Below, one piece after another: positions 58,463-64,000 of a DNA stretch of 64,000 nucleotides; the first letter of the stretch is position 1; each line of letters starts with the position of its first letter. The translations under genes were made by a program, and so were the position numbers. The stretch covers positions 248-64,247 of the forward strand of contig NIVC01003366.1 of the NCBI GenBank assembly GCA_002269645.1, read 5' to 3'. The notes beneath the pieces are model-generated. The model made no database searches. It saw only the letters and a program-made list of their open reading frames with translations, and was not told the origin of the DNA. The stretch comes from Macrostomum lignano. Its lineage: Eukaryota.

Positions 58463-60525
58463 TCACAAGCTCAAATCTTCACAAGATTGGATCTTCACAA
58501 GCTCGAATCCTCATAAGCTCGAATCTTCACAAGATTGGATCTTCACAAGCTTGAATCCTCACAAGATCGAATCTTTACAAGCTCGAATCCTCACAAGCTC
58601 GAATCTTCACAAGCTCGAATCTTCACAAGCTTGAATCTTCACAAGCTCGAATCTTCACAAGCTCGAAACTTCACAAGCTCGAATCTTCACAAGCTCGAAT
58701 CCTCACAAGCTCGAATCTTCACAAGCTCTAATCCTCACAAGCTCGAATCTTCACAAGATTGGATCTTCACAAGCTCGAATCTTCACAAGCTCGAATCTTC
58801 ACAAGCTCGAATCTTCACAAGCTCGAATCCTCACAAGCTCGAATCTTCACAAGATTGGATCTTCACAAGCTCGAATCCTCACAAGCTCGAATCTTCACAA
58901 GCTCGAATCTTCACAAGCTCGAATCCTCACAAGCTCGAATCTTCACAAGCTCGAATCCTCACAAGCTCGAATCTTCACAAGCTCGAATCTTCACAAGCTC
59001 GAATCTTCACAAGCTCGAATCTTCACAAGCTCGAATCTTCACAAGCTCGAATCCTCACAAGCTCGAATCTTCACAAGATTGGATCTTCACAAGCTCGAAT
59101 CCTCACAAGCTCGAATCTTCACAAGCTCGAATCTTCACAAGCTCGAATCCTCACAAGCTCGAATCTTCACAAGATTGGATCTTCACAAGCTCAAATCTTC
59201 ACAAGCTCAAACTTTACAAGCTCGAATCTTCACAAGCTCGAATCTTCACAAGCTCGAATCTTCACAAGCTCGAATCTTCACAAGCTCGAATCTTCACAAG
59301 CTCGAATCCTCACAAGCTCGAATCTTCACAAGCTCGAATCTTCACAAGCTCGAATCCTCACAAGCTCGAATCTTCACAAGATTGGATCTTCACAAGCTCG
59401 AATCATCACAAGCTTGAATCTTCACAAGCTCGAATCTTCACAAGCTCGAAACTTCACAAACTCGAAACTTCACAAGCTCGAATCTTCACAAGCTCGAATC
59501 CTCACAAGCTCGAATCTTCACAAGCTCGAATCTTTACAAGCTCGAATCTTCACAAGCTCGAATCTTCACAAGCTCGAATCTTCACAAGCTCGAATCCTCA
59601 CAAGCTCGAATCTTCACAAGATTGGATCTTCACAAGCTCGAATCCTCACAAGCTCGAATCTTCACAAGCTCGAATCTTCACAAGCTCGAATCCTCACAAG
59701 CTCGAATCTTCACAAGATTGGATCTTCACAAGCTCAAATCTTCACAAGCTCAAACTTTACAAGCTCGAATCTTCACAAGCTCGAATCTTCACAAGCTCGA
59801 ATCTTCACAAGCTCGAATCTTCACAAGCTCGAATCTTCACAAGCTCGAATCCTCACAAGCTCGAATCTTCACAATATTGGATCTTCACAAGCTCGAATCT
59901 TCACAAGCTCGAATCTTCACAAGATTGGATCTTCACAAGCTCGAATCATCACAAGCTTGAATCTTCACAAGCTCGAATCTTCACAAGCTCGAAACTTCAC
60001 AAACTCGAAACTTCACAAGCTCGAATCTTCACAAGCTCGAATCCTCACAAGCTCGAATCTTCACAAGCTCGAATCTTCACAAGCTCGAATCTTCACAAGC
60101 TCGAATCCTCACAAGCTCGAATCTTCACAAGATTGGATCTCCACAAGCTCGAATCTTCACAAGATTGGATCTCCACAAGCTCAAATCTTCACAAGCTCAA
60201 ACTTTACAAGCTCGAATCTTCACAAGCTCGAATCTTCACAAGCTCGAATCCTCACAAGCTCGAATCCTCACAAGCTCGAATCCTCACAAGCTCGAATCCT
60301 CACAAGCTCGAATCCTCACAAGCTCGAATCCTCACAAGCTCGAATCCTCACAAGCTCGAATCCTCACAAGCTCGAATCCTCACAAGCTCGAATCCTCACA
60401 AGCTCGAATCCTCACAAGCTCGAATCTTCACAAGCTCAAACTTCACTAGGTCGAATCCTCACAAGCTCGAATCTTCACAAGATTAGATCTTCACAAGCTT
60501 TAATCTTCACAAGCTCGAAACTTCA
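58463..60525 (+). repeat. 16-bp minisatellite cacaagctcgaatctt in the DEG/ENaC intron
   Basis: Tandem copies; a block duplication of 543-bp period (59079 vs 59622). Confidence 0.96.
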
Positions 60526-60651
60526 TATTCACAATCTTTATTTCCCACTGTAGAAAAACCCTTGCTGCCTTTGATGCTCAAAGCGTTTACCTAACATCCC
60601 TGAATACTGAAAGTTTGCCATGGGCAGCTCGCAGTCAGGTCGATACCTTAC

Positions 60652-61850
60652 CTTATTTTTGCACGCCTGGTAGCTGTACGTGAAATTGGTGCCGTTAAAC
60701 TGCAATGTGGGCGGCACAGTCTCTGAGCAGCGTCCATGCGGTGGCTCCTTCATCATCCACTGCTTCGTGTCAAACCGGATCTCGGTCAGGCTGCCCGGCT
60801 TGATGTTGAGTCCCTCCTCCTGCACCTCGGGATAATTTCCCGCATTGTGCAGCTGAACGCGAAGTCCCGACACTTGCGTAGCTGGGAAGTTGCTGCAGTC
60901 CGGGCAGTAGGTCAGGTTTCTCTCGTTAGTGAAAGCCATAATGCGAACTGTTAGAATTGACTTCGTGTGGTTGGCGTCCGCCGTGAAGGTGTAACAGTTC
61001 AGGAATTTATTATCGTAAGTCTGAGTCCAATGGCCGATGCTGTCGCAGATTTTCGATCGTTTGAAACTGTTCATGAGAATGGTGCTCTCGCAGAGTAGTA
61101 TGGTCTGCTCCAGTGCGTGCCCGAACTGGTTCATGTCGATACCCGCAGGCATGTTCTCATAGTAGCCTTTAGTGTCGAATATTGTGCTCAATGCGTCTTT
61201 AACTGTCAAGTTGAATAGTTCAGTCTTCAATCCGTTCATGTTGCGAGCCGTGTTTCTGATGGCTCGAATGTAGTGCTGGCTGTACTCCTTGGGCAGCATG
61301 AGGCCGTGGCTGCGGATGTAGGCGATCCCAGCCTGCGACAGCGGCCGCGTGTTGCACACGGTGAAGGATGGAAATTCAACAGAATAATTCCGCATCGTTT
61401 TCGGCTGGTGGATGACGTCATGCGCCAAGTACTGATTGATGATGAGGGCCAAACAGGTGAGACAGCCGAGAAAGAAGGCGAGAACGAAGCTCGCCCAGAC
61501 CACCTTCAAGAACTTCTCCTTGGTCTTCACTATTTTTGGCACGCCTCTAAGCGACGTTGTCTGACAGTAGCGGACAAAGTTCATGCTGATGATCTGCATC
61601 ACGCTCAGGTGCTTGGCGCCAACACTCGGAGCCGATGCTACTTCACCAATTAGCAACGGATCCTGCTGTTCGGCGCGCGTCATCGAAGTCCGCTGACTCG
61701 CTGGCCCCGCGCTGAGCTCCATGCGAACCCAGGGACTGCCCGCCGGAACTGCACTCCCAGCTATCGAGTTGTTGACGCTCTGCAACTCTCCGTTGTCAGA
61801 CCGATGTCTGCTGTGGGCACCGCCGCCGCCTCCACTGCCGCTTCTGTGCT
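60652..61850 (-). CDS. DEG/ENaC (amiloride-sensitive channel family) subunit, main N-terminal exon
   Basis: YCQTTSLRG, TM1 VVWASFVLAFFLGCLTCLALII, FPSFTVCN, NCYTF, GLRVQLH, IKPG, YSYQAC; donor AAG|gtaagg. An in-frame ATG lies at 61722, but the frame is open up to an acceptor at 61851. Confidence 0.88.
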
Positions 61851-62469
61851 CTGGAAGAATGATTGCGACACCAAATACGATAAACTACAGTGGGAAAAGT
61901 CGCCTATTTAATCCAGTATTTTTAGAAAGAGACCGGAACGGATATGAGAGTTACGGACAAGCCGGCAGCGGATTAAAGCTTAAGAAGATGAGCATCATAA
62001 CCACTTTGTGGACTCTCTGAGTGAATTTCATCTCGCAGGATAGAGATGTGCGCGGCTGATGCAGGCACTCAGCCTCATTCTGAATGCCTGCCAGCGTCTC
62101 TCCTTGGCTGCTCAGCCAGCCAATCCCCTCCTGCATAAGCTGAGAAGATAGATAGCTGCTAGTTGCCACCCAGCTGCTTCCGTGAAGACACTTCCAGCCT
62201 CCTGGGAACAGAGGGCTGAGCAGCTTACAGCTGTGAGACCAGCTATGAGTAGCACTGGCTGAGGCTTAATAAGAAAAATCGTTAAGTCAAGCCTTTCAAT
62301 CTTTTATAGGCAGCTTCAGTCGGGAAATTCACGTGTCTGTTGGTGAGGACGGTTTTCTAACAAAACGAATCTTATTTTCCCACTGCGAGGTAAATGCAAA
62401 TTCGCTCCCGTCGAGGGACACTGAATTGAAAGCGAGCAGATGAGGCTTCGAAGCTGGGATGCTGAATTA

Positions 62470-62928
<459 letters not shown>

Positions 62929-62939
62929 GAGCTACTCAC

Positions 62940-63069
62940 TGAGAGCGGCAGATAGGTCCGCATGCCCTGGCGGCCGCAGCATGCAGTACCGAACTTGCCG
63001 GCCAGCTATGGAAGCTGATGACGTCATCGCAGCATCCACTGCTGCAGAGTCAGTTGCTTGGTCTGTCAT
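62940..63069 (-). CDS. Tentative first coding exon of the DEG/ENaC gene ([10 protein letters not shown]...)
   Basis: GC-rich open frame from ATG 63069 to donor A|gtgagt; phase 1 matches the acceptor at 61850. Confidence 0.45.
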
Positions 63070-63974
63070 TGCTAGCTGCTCATCACTAAAGTTATGCATT
63101 TCTGAGATCTGGGTAATTTTATACTTTATTCAAGTCACAATCTTATTTTTTAACGGGGATCAATACCGTACTATATAACAAACGTGGTCAAGAAGTGCAA
63201 TCGTTTCTTTCCAGCTATTGCCTATTGGACTGACTGCATTCCAGCCTATTAAATGATCTTTCGAGGCAGCTTGAAGTGGCTGACCGTGACCCGCACCTCC
63301 TCAACTGTGCCCTCGGCCGGTTATAAAGTTATAAAGGAATGGGCTGGAGACTGGAGAGAGATTTCTCTCAATCAAATTTGTCTATGGCACAACCCACTCG
63401 TTTCTAGTAAAATCGAGTGTATACAGCGCCCCTCTGCAGATTTCGATTCTGTCAAAATATAGGTCAATTGAAAAGTTCATTAAGTACTTCAATTGCTTGA
63501 AAAAAATAACTCTTGACTTTGCCGCCACTTGAGAATGAGATAAAATAATTGGATTTCAACAGGCTCAGTTCACCAATTAGTGTTGAAGTGTTGTTTGAGA
63601 TTCTAAACTGTCAACGAAAACAAGTTTAGCCACTGATATTATAAGATTACTTTTATATGTATAGTGTATTAAAAGTTTACGAACCTTATCTCTAATTAAA
63701 GATTGTAAATTAAATAGCGCGATTACATATTTGCTCCTGCACACGCCGCTTTAAAAACTGGCAAATCAAGTGTACTGATTTGGTTGAGACTGCACTGAGC
63801 AGAGAGGGAACTAATTAGAGATAGAGGTGACGAATTTACATGTAAATAATTAATGATCACTTTGCTACCGATTCGCTCGTGCCGTTTAGTGGAATGGGGC
63901 TTAACTAAGAACTGTACTGACTGAGAATACTGTAAATATAAGATTAGTAAACTGAGTTCTTAGCCCTCCTCATA

Positions 63975-64000
63975 GATTAGATAGATAGATAGATAGATAG
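63975..64000 (+). repeat. (TAGA)n microsatellite start
   Basis: Runs off the right edge of the window. Confidence 0.8.

Noticed and set aside
58535-60553. 672-aa and 575-aa ORFs (HKLESSQARIFTSSN)
   Set aside because: Products of a 16-bp tandem repeat lying antisense inside the DEG/ENaC intron.
61951-62210. Exon-like open frame between the DEG/ENaC 5' exons
   Set aside because: It has an acceptor but no donor of compatible phase; the 62940->61850 junction works without it.

Overview
Animal genomic DNA with spliceosomal GT-AG introns. The GC-rich, Ala/Gly/Gln-rich exons separated by introns full of mini- and microsatellites suggest a free-living flatworm such as Macrostomum; this is inference only. 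Roughly a third of the window is tandem repeat, and nearly all long ORFs in the supplied track are repeat artefacts or antisense shadows. Hand splicing gives five apparently intact genes: (1) a ~20-exon minus-strand gene (24231->3267, ~2,000 aa) with no ortholog I recognise, carrying ~6-7 cupredoxin-like repeats, an Fn3_assoc/CHB_HEX_C-like module and six fibronectin type III repeats; (2) an intronless phospholipid scramblase nested on the same strand inside an intron of that gene; (3) a stomatin (SPFH) gene; (4) a Wee1-family kinase with an atypical catalytic loop; (5) a DEG/ENaC-family channel. A Runt-domain (RUNX) pseudo-exon, invisible in the ORF track, has two stops and a frameshift and abuts a 3.35-kb 29-bp satellite. 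DNA-transposon remnants include a THAP-bearing element with ~80-bp TIRs, a hAT MITE with an 8-bp TSD and a Harbinger-like element with a CTG TSD. I found no tRNA, rRNA or CRISPR array. Exon coordinates were derived by eye from splice signals and phase matching; repeat boundaries are approximate.
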